The notes beneath the pieces were generated by a model that did not search any database, had not been told where the DNA came from, and worked only from the letters and a program-made list of their open reading frames with translations. Shown here in pieces: positions 13,770 through 25,353 of a DNA stretch of 64,000 nucleotides. This DNA is from Lama glama (lineage: Eukaryota). The stretch is from NCBI GenBank assembly GCA_028534125.1, contig CM052817.1, forward strand, positions 73,658,001 through 73,722,000. The letters are read 5' to 3'. The first letter of the stretch is position 1; the number at the start of each line of letters is the position of its first letter. The position numbers and the translations under genes were made by a program.

Positions 13770-14720
13770 ATCAGTCATTCACACATTCATCCATCTATCG
13801 AACAAAACTGAGCCCATATTACATGCCAGTCAGTGTGTGTGGCACCAGGAACTTGCCCTGGCGGAGTTTACATTACAATGGGGGAAAAAAGACATTAACC
13901 AAACAAAAACCTAATTAACTTTATTAGTAGAAGTTGTGATAAAGGCTAAGAAGTAGAATACAGATTGTTGTAAGAGAGTTTTATGAAGAGAAGAATGAAG
14001 ACCATATTCTAGGCAGAGGGAAGTAGATGTGCAAGTCCTGAAGTGAGAAAAGGCTTGTTGCATGGAGGGACTGAAGGAAAGCCAGCGTCTCTGGAGCAGA
14101 GTCAGGCGACAAGAGCAAAGAGAGTCCAGATCATGAAGGCTTTGGAATTGTCAGTAAGCTCAGTGGGAATTCCTTGGACTTGTTTATGCATTTGTTCAGC
14201 AGGATCCAATTTATAACATGATACTTTCTCACTCAGAGGAATGGAGGAGGGGTGGAGTAGAAGTCGGGGAACTAATGGGAAGCTATTATGATAGGCTTGG
14301 TGAGAGGCAGCGATGGCTGGTGGCTGTGGGGACGAAGGGAATGATAGACAAAGATATATTTAGGTAGAAAAATTTACAAATCTCGGAGATAGATTGAATG
14401 TGGACAATTCCCAGGTTTTTGGCTGAGTACTAGTCAGAATAGATGCTGCTGAGGAGCAGGATAGCTTGAGAAGAGAGAAGACCCCAGGATGGTTCTGCCT
14501 GTCTGAGTTCACGTGATGGAGAAGGAGGACACCCAAAGAAGACTCAAGCATAGCTAAAATGGTGGAGGGAGAACAGACAATTCTAGAGCCAGAACAGAGA
14601 GAGGAGAGAGTATTCAGCTGTATGAAATCCTATTAGAAGTTCAAATAATATGAGGACTGACAAACATCTATTAGATTTGGCATCATAGAAGTCACTTGTA
14701 ACTTAGTAAGGCATTTCCAG
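13770..14720 (-). mobile_element. L2 LINE remnant
   Basis: cattcatccatc...tacatgccag...gagtttacattacaatggggga...attctaggcagaggga...ttagatttggcatcatagaagtca. Confidence 0.7.
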
Positions 14721-17203
14721 GTATCTTGAAAGCACGTAACTATACTGAACTGAATTTCTAGGACCTTCTCATCTTAATCCTTCTCGCTTTTGTTGTGTCC
14801 CTGGGGAATGACTCCATTTTCTGTTCCAAGTTATTTTCCCCTATCTGTCTAATTTTCCTCCTCTCTTTGGCCCAAAAGAAAAGTATGACACAGGGAGAGG
14901 GGAGGCAGGGAGAATGAAACAGTACAAAAAAAAAAGTTAATACAACATATATTCAACACATAATTATTCTCTACTGTCCTTCATAGAATTACTTTTTCTC
15001 TTTGTTATATTCACTTAACTTACTTACTTTCATCTACTTAGAGAAATCAGTAATAAAATATTATCTGTTTTGTCAAACCCAAGTGAATACATCCTTGTTT
15101 TGTCTACTCCTGATGTGATTAAATCACAAATAGAGCTTTCTTTGCAATTTAATTTGCTGTAATCCATTGCATAAGATGAAATTGGCCTTAATGTGGAATA
15201 CAAATACTATGACTAAGTATAGTCAAGGTGACTTGAAACTTTTCATCTTTTTTCACTTATTTAATTTTTTAATGAAATTCATAAAAGAAAGGATGTGGCA
15301 TTAAAGGCTAAGAAATGAAAGCTTAAATAGCCAGGAATTGACTGAGTTTGATAGCCTTTGTGGTACAAAAACATCAACTGTTTAAAAATTGTGTTATCTA
15401 AGACCAAAGATTTCTTCTAAGTAGAAAATGTTTTTTGAAAGAAAAAAAAAGAATATTACTGACATTTTAATGGCAATTTTTGAAAGTGGTCAAAAGTCGC
15501 TCCAGGATACATCATCATGAATTTATTGAAAATGACTCAAAGAATTTAGAATCCTGCTTAGCACTAATTAAGCAAAAGCCAGTTAAAATGGTACTTAGTA
15601 GTTTTGAAGCACATGGGATCTCTGGAAATGCATTATTGAATATAATTTGTGCCTTGAATGATTGATCAACATTTAGAAGTACAAGCTTTTATTGTCAGTG
15701 TTTTAAAAGTCAGCTATATAAAGTTGATGGAGTATACAAGTTAGATATATCCATTTGTCATTTTTTAGGATATTACATAAATATTTCATGGGATATTTCT
15801 GCACATCTGAATATTTATTTAAGTGTAAAATAAGAGGAAGGTGTTTAAGCCCGTTTTGTAATAAAAGACTAATATTTGGATTTTCGCAAGTTAAAATATA
15901 TTAGTTGTCATTTTTGTCCCTGTCCTCCCATGCGCCTTTCGTTCTTTCCCTTAGAAGACAGACAAAATGCTGACTTGAGCAGTACTTCTTAAAATATCAA
16001 GGATCTCCAACATTTGGGGTTTGTTGAGTATTTGATAGCCTTGGAAACAGGTTGAAGGGCAAACCTCCTTTGTCTTTGTTATTATCCCCCTAGCCTGTTT
16101 CTTTTTTCCATAGTAAGCTAAGAGTATAACCCCTATTTAATGTTTCTATTTCCCCAGGAAAATGCGACAGTCTTTCCAAATGTAGTTGCTGGTTTTTTTT
16201 GTTTTTTTTTTTTTTTGCGTGATTTTGATGGAGACATGGTGAGAATTCTGGGGTGGAAATGAAAAGGAAAAGAAAAGCAGGTTTTTGCCTTTAAAAAAAA
16301 TGTTTTGAAAACGTTGTTATCACAAAGAGCTTTACAAATCTAGACAGTTGTTAAAGAAGAGAAAAGAATTGTGAAAAACATGTGTAATTGAGAAAAAAAC
16401 TGAAAGAGGAGGCAGAATAATAAGAAAAAGCAAGTGAAGTGAGTTGTGATTTAAAATGATTTAAAATAAGTGAAATAAAAACATAAAGGGTGAGGGTGAA
16501 GAACATAATTTTGGTAAAAACTGTAGTATCTGGGGACCTCATCTGGCTGTGTCTAGCTGAGGAAACAATGAAAAGCAGAAACAGGAAGTAGCTAGACTCA
16601 ATGTTCTCAATACTTGGGCTGAGAGTAGAAAATGACCTCAGGAAAAAGGTGGTACTCCAAACAGATGGGGAGGGTCTTATGTGCTTGACTGCAGTGTGCC
16701 AGCAGATATGTAAAGCATGGAGATGGATATTCAGGAGGAGAGTAGATTTGGATGTTCGCTAGACTGATGACCAATTGGTGACAGGTAACTCTTGTCAGTA
16801 GGTAGCACTTCTGAAGTCCTAGGCGTTTTACCAGCATGAGTTAGAATTAAATTTTGACAATCAAAGCATAAATGCAGTTATCTACACTGAGATGTAAGTA
16901 TGAGTTGGTCCTGCATTTTGAGGAATTGAAAAAGAATTCCTTAAACCCTTCTTGCCTTGGGACAGGATTAGCAGAATTTGCAAGTGAATACCAAGTGGCC
17001 TCTGCTGAGGAGATGAGAAAATTGAAGAGACTGGACCAGGCAAAACCTTATCAATGCTTAGGAATCAATGCTTAGGAAGCAGTTGTGACAGAGGCTGGGC
17101 ATGTGAAGAGAGGGCTGAAACTAAGAAACAGTTTTAGGTGATACAACAGGAAGACAGAATTTTTGATAAGATTGGGTATGTGAAATAAAATTAACCAGAA
17201 ATT

Positions 17204-17348
17204 GGGGGGAGGGTTAACTCAGTGGTAGAGTGCATGCTTAGCATGCATGAAGTCCTGAGTTCAATCCCCAGCACGGCCACTTAAAAAAATAAAATAAAAC
17301 GAACCTAATTACTCCCCCCACCAAAAGCAAACAAACAAAAAAACATTA
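17204..17348 (+). mobile_element. tRNA-Ala-derived camelid SINE (vic-1-like)
   Basis: A box (aactcagtggtagag), anticodon-like arm gcttagcatgc, B box (gagttcaatccc), cctaattac segment and an A-rich tail. TSD aaaattaacca at about 17187 and 17349. Confidence 0.88.
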
Positions 17349-17959
17349 AAAATTAACCAAAAAATGCTCCAAGATCTATAGAGACTATTTCGAGACTCAT
17401 TAATTTAGAGGCTTACTATTGAGACTAAAATACAAAAATTTTCCAATGGGGTTTGATACAAGCATGAAAGTTCATTTGTGAAACAATTTTTATAAAAATA
17501 GTATTGTTCTGGGACCTGACTTGTTTCAGAAATTGCACATCCAAATTGAGTTGAATATCCTAGAGTGATTCCGCCATCATGTTTAGAAATCTTCCGACTC
17601 TAAGCAAAAAGCCTGATTATATTGTCTTAGTCAAATATGTGTAAGATTAGATCTGACAATGCATATTAGTGTACAGCTTGAGACTGCTTCAACAGTTAAT
17701 TTTTGATTAGTTACAAATATGCTGATCTAATTTAGAATGAGGTTAAGAGAAATCCTAGGCTGGGATTTGGCAACCAGGAACCTACAAATATCTTGCTTGT
17801 GCTCAAATTTTCACTTGCTTTATTTGTTTCAATTTCTATTCTTTTTTTTTTTTAAAGCCCTGCATGGTATTTTAATTTATAATCCGCATTAGATTCTTCC
17901 AGTTTAATGTTATATCATATGACTTGGCAGATAGAAAAAAATATCCATTAAACAACAAT

Positions 17960-18010
17960 AATATATATATATTTATATGTGTGTGTGTGCGTGTGTGTGT
18001 GTGTGTGTGT
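17960..18010. repeat. (TA)n-(TG)n compound microsatellite
   Basis: Seen directly. Confidence 0.9.
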
Positions 18011-19037
18011 AGCCAGCATGAATGTAGTGCTATAAACCTTATAAAAAAATTTAGTTCCTCAAATAATCCTTTAGAGCAAGTGAATTTAATATCTCTCCTC
18101 CAGCAGAGGGCTACCAAACTCTATTCATTTCTACTGACAAATGGTAACACATTTATGTAGTTTATTTCAGTTTTCAGGCTTTTGTTTGTATGCTTGCTTA
18201 TGTTTTTAAGCACCAGATCCTTTTCTCAAATTGGAGTGTTCTAGTCTGGGAAGGAGATACACCTGGGGCTGCTTTCATTGCAGAAGGGCCACCTAGCTGC
18301 CTCTGCAGAAACCCCAGTGAGGTGTGGAAAAGAATCGAAACCCTCTGCTCCGATTTATCCAAAAATACTCTTCCAAATTCAGAGTCAGCTCTTTGAGTAG
18401 AATCGTAAATATTTTTCCCTCTGTAAAAATCCTAATGCTGACACTGCACTGCAGGGAAAATACAAAAGCAGAATGATGTTTGAATTATGGAAATTCCCCT
18501 TGCAGGGCTTTGTCTTCAGTTGTGATTGTAATTCCCACTGTGTGGTTGTACATCTTGTTTTTGTTTGTTTCTGGAAAGATGATTTTATCTCCAATCTTAT
18601 GAGTGAAGAAGGCATTTAGTTTGACAGATTTTCTCACAGTATTTCAGAGGTGTGCCACACTGACAGACTGTTTGTGTACTTATAAAACTATTCTTGTAAG
18701 TGGGTCAGTCTTGCCCTTTACTAAAATTGAATTTTAGGATTAATTAAGAGTGAAAAAGCATTCCATCTCCTGCCTATTTATTACTTTACCCTGGTAATAA
18801 ATCTGTTTGAAAAGAGACCATTATAGAGCCTTCCATTGGAACTGTGCCTACTTGGTAGCCAAATGGTTATTGTTCTTTGCTTTGTTCTTCCAATTAAAAT
18901 GAAGCTTTTGTAGGGTGTCCCTTTATTCTGATTGAGGACTGGTCTAAATCTTTGGTGCTGAATTTATTTAAGTAAAATGACTCTAAAGAGCTATACTTTC
19001 ATAGGGGCTAACAAATACTTTCTGAGGCACATGTGTC

Positions 19038-19369
19038 ATCCTAGTCTGTTCTAGCTGCTGTAACAAAATACTGCAGCTTGTGAACAACTGAAATTTATTT
19101 CTTATAGTTTTGGAGTCTGGAAGTCTGAGATAAGGGTGTCAACACGGCAGGATGAGAAGAGGGCCCTCTTCCAGGTGGCAGGAATCTCCTTGTATCTTCA
19201 CATGGTAGAGAGGAGGCAGGGAGCTCTCTGGGGTATCTTTTATAAGGGCATTAATCTCATTTGTGACCTAATTATCTCCCAAAGGCCCCACCTACTAATA
19301 CCATTACATTTGGCATTAGGATTTCAACACATGAATTTTGAGGGGGAGCACAAATATTCAGACCATAGC
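19038..19369 (-). mobile_element. MaLR solo LTR (MLT1A-like)
   Basis: ctagtctgttctagctgctgtaacaaaatac...gaaatttatttcttatagttttggag...ctaattatctcccaaaggccccacc...atttcaacacatgaattttg...ttcagaccatagc resembles the reverse complement of MLT1A as I recall it. Confidence 0.85.
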
Positions 19370-19625
19370 TTCATTGATTTTAAGACTCATTCCTTGTTAC
19401 CAGGTATGTGTTGACTTTATTGTTACCTAATAGTCTTAAGAGTGAACTTCTTCATGATGCTGATTATCCAAAATGATCAGCATTTTCTTTCTACCCACAC
19501 TACTTTGAGGGGTCATCCTATCTTATTTCCTATCTATTTCCTGTGTTTCTGCCTTATAAGGCTACGTTTCTTCCTTTTCATGCTTTTATCTTCATGTTTA
19601 TTTTTCTCAAAACAATAATCATAGT

Positions 19626-19761
19626 ACCTATTAGATGTTATACATGTGATATTTCTCTTGGTTCTACTTCGTAGACATTATCTCCATTTATTGAGCACCT
19701 ATTAGATGTTTTACATGTGATATTTCTCTTGGTTCTACTTCGTAGACATTATCTCCATTTA
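19626..19761 (+). repeat. Direct tandem duplication: two 65-bp copies with a 71-bp period
   Basis: acctattagatgtt(a/t)tacatgtgatatttctcttggttctacttcgtagacattatctccattta at 19626-19690 and 19697-19761, with one mismatch and the spacer ttgagc. Confidence 0.95.
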
Positions 19762-22700
19762 TATCAAAGGATATTGAAGCCTTTGTAGACTAGGTAATAT
19801 ACCCAAAATTATAGAGCCTAAGTTGGAATTCAAAACCCAAACTCAAAACCCTTCATCACACAAAAGAAGCTCTGTTTTATAAAATTATCAAAACTATTTT
19901 TATCCTTTAATTTAAAAAAATTGGTTAAAGTGGAGAATCAAAAACAATGATACACACATACCCTAAATGTTTTATTTTAACTTGAAACATATACATTGGA
20001 ATTCTTTTACCGATAGTTTGATGTAGGATCAAAATCTTTTGTTTAAGAATGTTTTGTTTACAAATTTCCCAACCTTTTTTGAATAAACAATTGCATTCAT
20101 CTATATTTTGTCTCATCTGTGTTTTCCAGTTTGGCATCTTTTAACTGAAGTCAAAACTTAAAGACACTTGCAGAACAAGTTGATTGTAGAATTTCTAGAT
20201 ATTTCTGAAGCCTTCTTCCCAGTATTTTATGTTTGTTTCAGCCATGCCCGTAATTCAACAGACATATTTGTTAGGAATTCATCTTTATCAAGTCCTTACA
20301 AAGCATTTATATGAATTTTCGTATAACAACTACTTTTTTGGCACCCGTATTTTGTTAGATAATGTTTATTTAAATTATATAATTGCAATAGCAAGTACAT
20401 GTGGGATAAAAAGTTTAGTAAGAAACATTCTTGGCCCTTGGTAGGCACACAGCTTAGCTGGTGGGAGAAGAATTGTACATTGTATAGAACAGCTGGTAAG
20501 CTCCAAGCTTTTCATATATACTGGGCATCAGTCAGTATTCACAGAGGCACTGGAGACATTTTATTAAGTAAAGGTTTGTTAAGAGAACTTCTACTCTATG
20601 TCTTTCAAGAAGTGAGGGGAGGAAGAAAACTCATTTATTCTATTTCTCTGAACACACTGAAAGCTAAGTGTATCACAGGACTTGAAACAGTAAAAAAAAT
20701 CTACAGATATTCTTATTTTACAAAGTTAGCTGGGTTGAACATTGCCTAAAGTTTCTACCTAAACCATCAAGTTCGTTTTTCCTATAAAACTTCTAACTTG
20801 TGAAAAATATTCTATTGTATGTTTTCAGTGACATCTTATGTATCCATTAGATTTTGGTGACAGTTTTGAATCCTTAAATGTTTAAGGATTGTAATTCTTT
20901 ATTAAGATTCATTACTTTGTTATCAAAACTTTTTCTTTAGAAGTATAGTGTTCGAAAGCCCTATAGTACCTATTGTTTCTACAATTCACGTGATGCATTT
21001 ATTGCCCATTTATCTAACATTCATTATCATTTATTCTTATGCACAGTAGTGTGGTTTGGTGGAAAGGTAAAGAAAAAAATGAGGTAAGACTGAGCTTGAA
21101 GAGTCTGGATTGCTTAACTTCCCAACTAAGTGATGCTACTTTGGGGAACCAGAACAGCTTTGTTTTGTTTTTTTAATTCATTCCTTTTGTGTCAGGGCCT
21201 TGTTCATAGTTCCATTGTTTCAAGTCTTTATAGGTCTGCTCCTCTGTTCTATGGTTTCTGCCCTATGCTTGGTTGTCTTTGATTATATGCTGTACGTGGG
21301 AAATTATTTATGTAGATAATTTGAGGCCAAGGAGGAAGATAACTTCTTCAGAGAAGATATATTTCTACATCTGCCAGGCTCTGTGGTCACAAATGATTTG
21401 GAGAGCACCCTAAACCAAGTTCAAGTCTTGAGTTTTGTTCAAACATCAGGCAATAAAACCTCTGCTCGAGGGCTGGTTATTTATTATTCCACCTCTGGCT
21501 TAAGAGTGTAGCTTTCTGAGGTCTCAGATAATTGTGGGGAGCCCTCACAATTGAAGCCTATTAGACTCTGCACCTTGTGTAGACATTGGCCTTTGATTTC
21601 TGCCTTCTGGCTCATGAAGTTTACAAAATGAAAGTTCAAATGACCGAGGAAATACACTCAGGAAACACAAGGAATTTTTCTGCTTGTTTATCTCCAGCAG
21701 TTCCATTTTTCTTCAGTTTTGCCTAGGAATTCCTGGTTATCATGTCAGCTCTTCATTGCTTTTAAGAAGATGTGATTTATATTTTACCAGTGGGAGGGTT
21801 GGTCTGAATGTCTCCTGTTAGCTGGAAACACATACTGTCCATGTTGGTGCTTAGTCTTTCAGTGATTAATTTGATTTAAAAGTGACAGAAACACCATGTC
21901 ACAGAAAAGGCCTGACTGGGCCTTACCTCTGGAAATGTAGTTTCCAAAGAAAGTTTGATTTAGTTTTCTACGTTGGCTTCCTTATTTGTGGACTATGACT
22001 TTGCATGAGTAGGTATAAAATGAAAAGTGCTAGTCATGCTGAAAGCAAGAAACAGTGACTGCCTAGCAACAGATTTTTATTTATAGGTCAATTAAACAAA
22101 GGCTGCAATAAAAAGAATATCTTATGTAAAACAGTTCATTTTTTTTTCTTAATTAAACTCAGTGGGGCAGGGAGGAGATAGTTAATTATATGCAGGGGCA
22201 TCCAAAAGCAGTAATAATCCAGATCTTTATAAAAATTACTAACTACCCAAGGATACAACAGGAGCACTTTGTAGCACTTCAGTTTCCTGCTGCCAACTAT
22301 GCAGCCACAAGGGGATTGTTTTTTGAATGTTTGTGTTATTGAAACAACAAATGATATGTCTTTTGTATTTATTGCAGTATCTACTGCACAGAAACTTTAC
22401 ATAGAATTGGTTGTTGGAATTGCCTGAAAGTGTTCATGTTCCTGCTTTAATGATAAGGGTATTGAGTTGGAAAACTTGAGATCTGAAATGTCCATCACTG
22501 ATTTGATGTTTGATTTCAGCAGATTTGAGTATATTCTAAGATTACATTTTGTCATCTCTCTATAGTTAATTTTGGATAACAGTGAGAGATTTTTGCTACT
22601 AATTTACTGGCCAGGAATATTGAGTTAGAGGGCTATAATTCATGGTCCATAGAAAATATAAACTAATAGCCCAGTCATTTAAACCCACATTTACTGGCTT

Positions 22701-25039
22701 TTAAGCCTTACTGATTTATAGGCAAATATGAATTATTTCATGAAAATTTAAGAGATGCATGGTTTGAATTTGGGGTCACATGAAGAATAACAGTGAAAAA
22801 TAGTTTTGTTACTATCAAGAACAAATAATCTGTTTTGGTAAACAATCTAATTAAAACATGTTCTTTCAAACTGTTTATCCCAATAGCACTTCTAACTGAC
22901 ATTATGCAAATGTAAACCTTTCAAGTACTGATCACACTTCTCTCTCCCTCACCAGTGAAATTGTTTCCTTTGAGATGCTAAAGCTATTAACATATAGTAA
23001 TTCCTGAGTAAAAATAAAATTCCTAAAATAAGAATATAAATTTCTTTATGGATAAAAGGCACATAAAAACATCTCCAGGAGTCTTCAGGAGTAACAGGCT
23101 TGAGACTACACTTTTACATTTTAACCACAATTCAGTGTTCTTTATTTGACCAAAGTAAAAGAGCTAAGAAACACACCTAGAGATTTTACTAAAAGCTGTT
23201 ACAAACCCAAAAAGGAAGTTTTATGTGTTTTAAAAAGTAACGGTAAATTTTCAGTAGGAGTTAGAACTTAACCCTAATGTTTCAATTCCTAATAGACTAT
23301 GGGGCTTTCTTATCCAAGATCAGAATGTTTTTCAGAATAAAATTTATGAGAGGAGAGTGGTCCTGAGAGGATATTTGAAGATATTTAGACATAGCTGCAA
23401 ACTTGAAACCAGGCATTTGAAGATTGTGTATCAGTTTTCTAGTCAAGATCTGAATATCAGTAGTTTTAGTCTCTGCAGATTTTACAGGAAGTCTGAAAAT
23501 AATTCACTCATAACAGCTGGATTTTCATCCCCACCTGGGCAGAGGCTGTCATTGTCACCACTGGGTCCCCAGTGCTCCTCCAGTTCACTGAGTTCATACA
23601 AAGATGGCACCAGAGACAGCGCTGTGCAGTAACAAGATGGGGACAGGGAGACGGTTTTCATTTTCAACCAAGAATAACTAAAAATAAAATTTGAAGATTA
23701 ATTCCTAGGCTTTCAATCTAAAAACACCATAGGGTAAATGAAAAGGAAGAAAGATTTTAGCGTCATGGGGGCTTTTCTCAGTCCTGAATGACCTCTCTTT
23801 ATTTCCTGTCAAAGTCGGCACCGAGAAAACGAATGTGAGTAGGAAGCCTCAGAGAAGGGATTTTCTGTCAGAAGTCTTTTCGCGACAATCCGGCCTGGTG
23901 CGCAGGCCCACTCCAGCTCACACAGGCCAGGCGAACGCATGGTCAGCCGTTTTGTCTACACTCACACTTTGGGGATGAATGATTGGAGTTGGGAGGTTGG
24001 GAGGACACAGCGAAGGATAGGCTCTGTCTCTCTTTTTCTTTTGAACTTAGCCCTTTTTGATTTTCCTTTCTCTGTCTGTGCCTTTCCCTTACCTCTGCCC
24101 ACTGCACTTGTGGCTGCTGCCAGTAATCTCCTGACCAACCTCACAGGCATGAGAGAGCTGAGGGCTATGGTGACAAAATGCGAACTACTTATGACCTACA
24201 ACTTTGTGTGGCTTGATTTTCTTTCTGTAAAGGCATCTCCAGAGGGAAGCTTTTCACTTGTCCGCTTACCATTGTTCCTAGCTGGAAATTTTTTAGGAAG
24301 CCTCAGAAGTGCTCTGAGCTTGCTTCAGAGACTGGAAGGTGGGGGTCTTGAGACTTCTGCTTCTCCACCCTGAACTATGGAAATCGCCTGTTTGGATTTG
24401 GAACCAGGGTGTCCTTGTTTCCATTCCTCAGGCAGAAGTAGAAGGAAGATAGCATTTGAGTAGTCTCATTTTAACCAACTCATCTCCTTACAGAAACTGT
24501 CATCAACAGAAAATAGGATTTATTATATTACCAGCAAGCTCTGCTTTGTTAATTTTGTGTTGTCAGATTGGTTTTTGGATTTGACTTTACGTAAAACAAG
24601 TTGGGGGGTGATATATCAATGTAGTTACTCATTCAGTTTGCTTTATCTTACCCTTGACAATTCATGAGTCTCAGAACACACAGGACTTCTTAAATGTGAA
24701 TAAACACCCTTGAACTTGAGTAGAATGAATTCTTGGTTAATAGGTCAAGTGAGCAGAAACTTTTTTTTTCCCTAATTAAGTGATGTTTTAACTGTCTTTT
24801 GCAGTGCATCTGCTTCTTTTCCCACTTACCACCCACATTCCATTTGTGGAGGAGTGACAATATATGCTATTTAATTGCATAGCTGCTTCTTCTGGGTGAG
24901 GATGGGGAGAGAGAAGGAGGATTAAATTGCATATGGCTAGCTCAGTTGTTATTGAACGATGTCCTGACTGATACCTGACGTCTGCAGAGGATTTTCTTTG
25001 GATTCTGATCAATGGAATGTTGGACACTGAGGACAGCAA

Positions 25040-25353
25040 ATGGCCATTTTCTCTCCTGTCTTTAAAAAGAAGTATGTCCGCTTGAAGGGCAATCTATCTA
25101 AGCTGGTTTTCGAGTTTGAATGTAAACGACAGTGCGTTCCTTACTTTGAAGGCAGAGACAAGCTTATTCCATTGATGGCCAAGATGCTTTGTGAAAGGAA
25201 GCAGCTTTTATTACAAGTTCAGAATTCAGCCAGTATTCTATCTCTGCTGGAGGCTTGATGGGACGACTCCTTTAATGTGGTACATGCATCATTTAAATGG
25301 CTGGGAGCTCCTGGGACTGGAACCTGGTGCCCTGTCTGTGCAGAGGTCAGCTG
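25040..25353 (+). CDS. Candidate start exon / small-ORF region: a 72-aa ORF (25040-25258) plus a short ATG-to-donor frame MAGSSWDWNLVPCLCRGQL (25297-25353)
   Basis: Non-repetitive sequence containing a 72-codon ORF (caaATGG). The strong donor CTG|gtgagt at 25354 is in phase 0 with the ATG at 25297. No homology could be confirmed. Confidence 0.35.

Noticed and set aside
19626..19761. CRISPR-like repeat-spacer structure
   Set aside because: There are only two 65-bp copies with a 6-bp spacer, in mammalian DNA with no cas genes.
23939..24373. 144-aa + strand hydrophobic ORF and the overlapping Lys-rich minus-strand ORF
   Set aside because: Their composition derives from a pyrimidine tract, with no recognisable homology and no suitable phase-0 donor identified.
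25256..25258. In-frame TGA as selenocysteine
   Set aside because: No SECIS element could be identified and the context is not a known selenoprotein family. A true stop or CpG decay is simpler.
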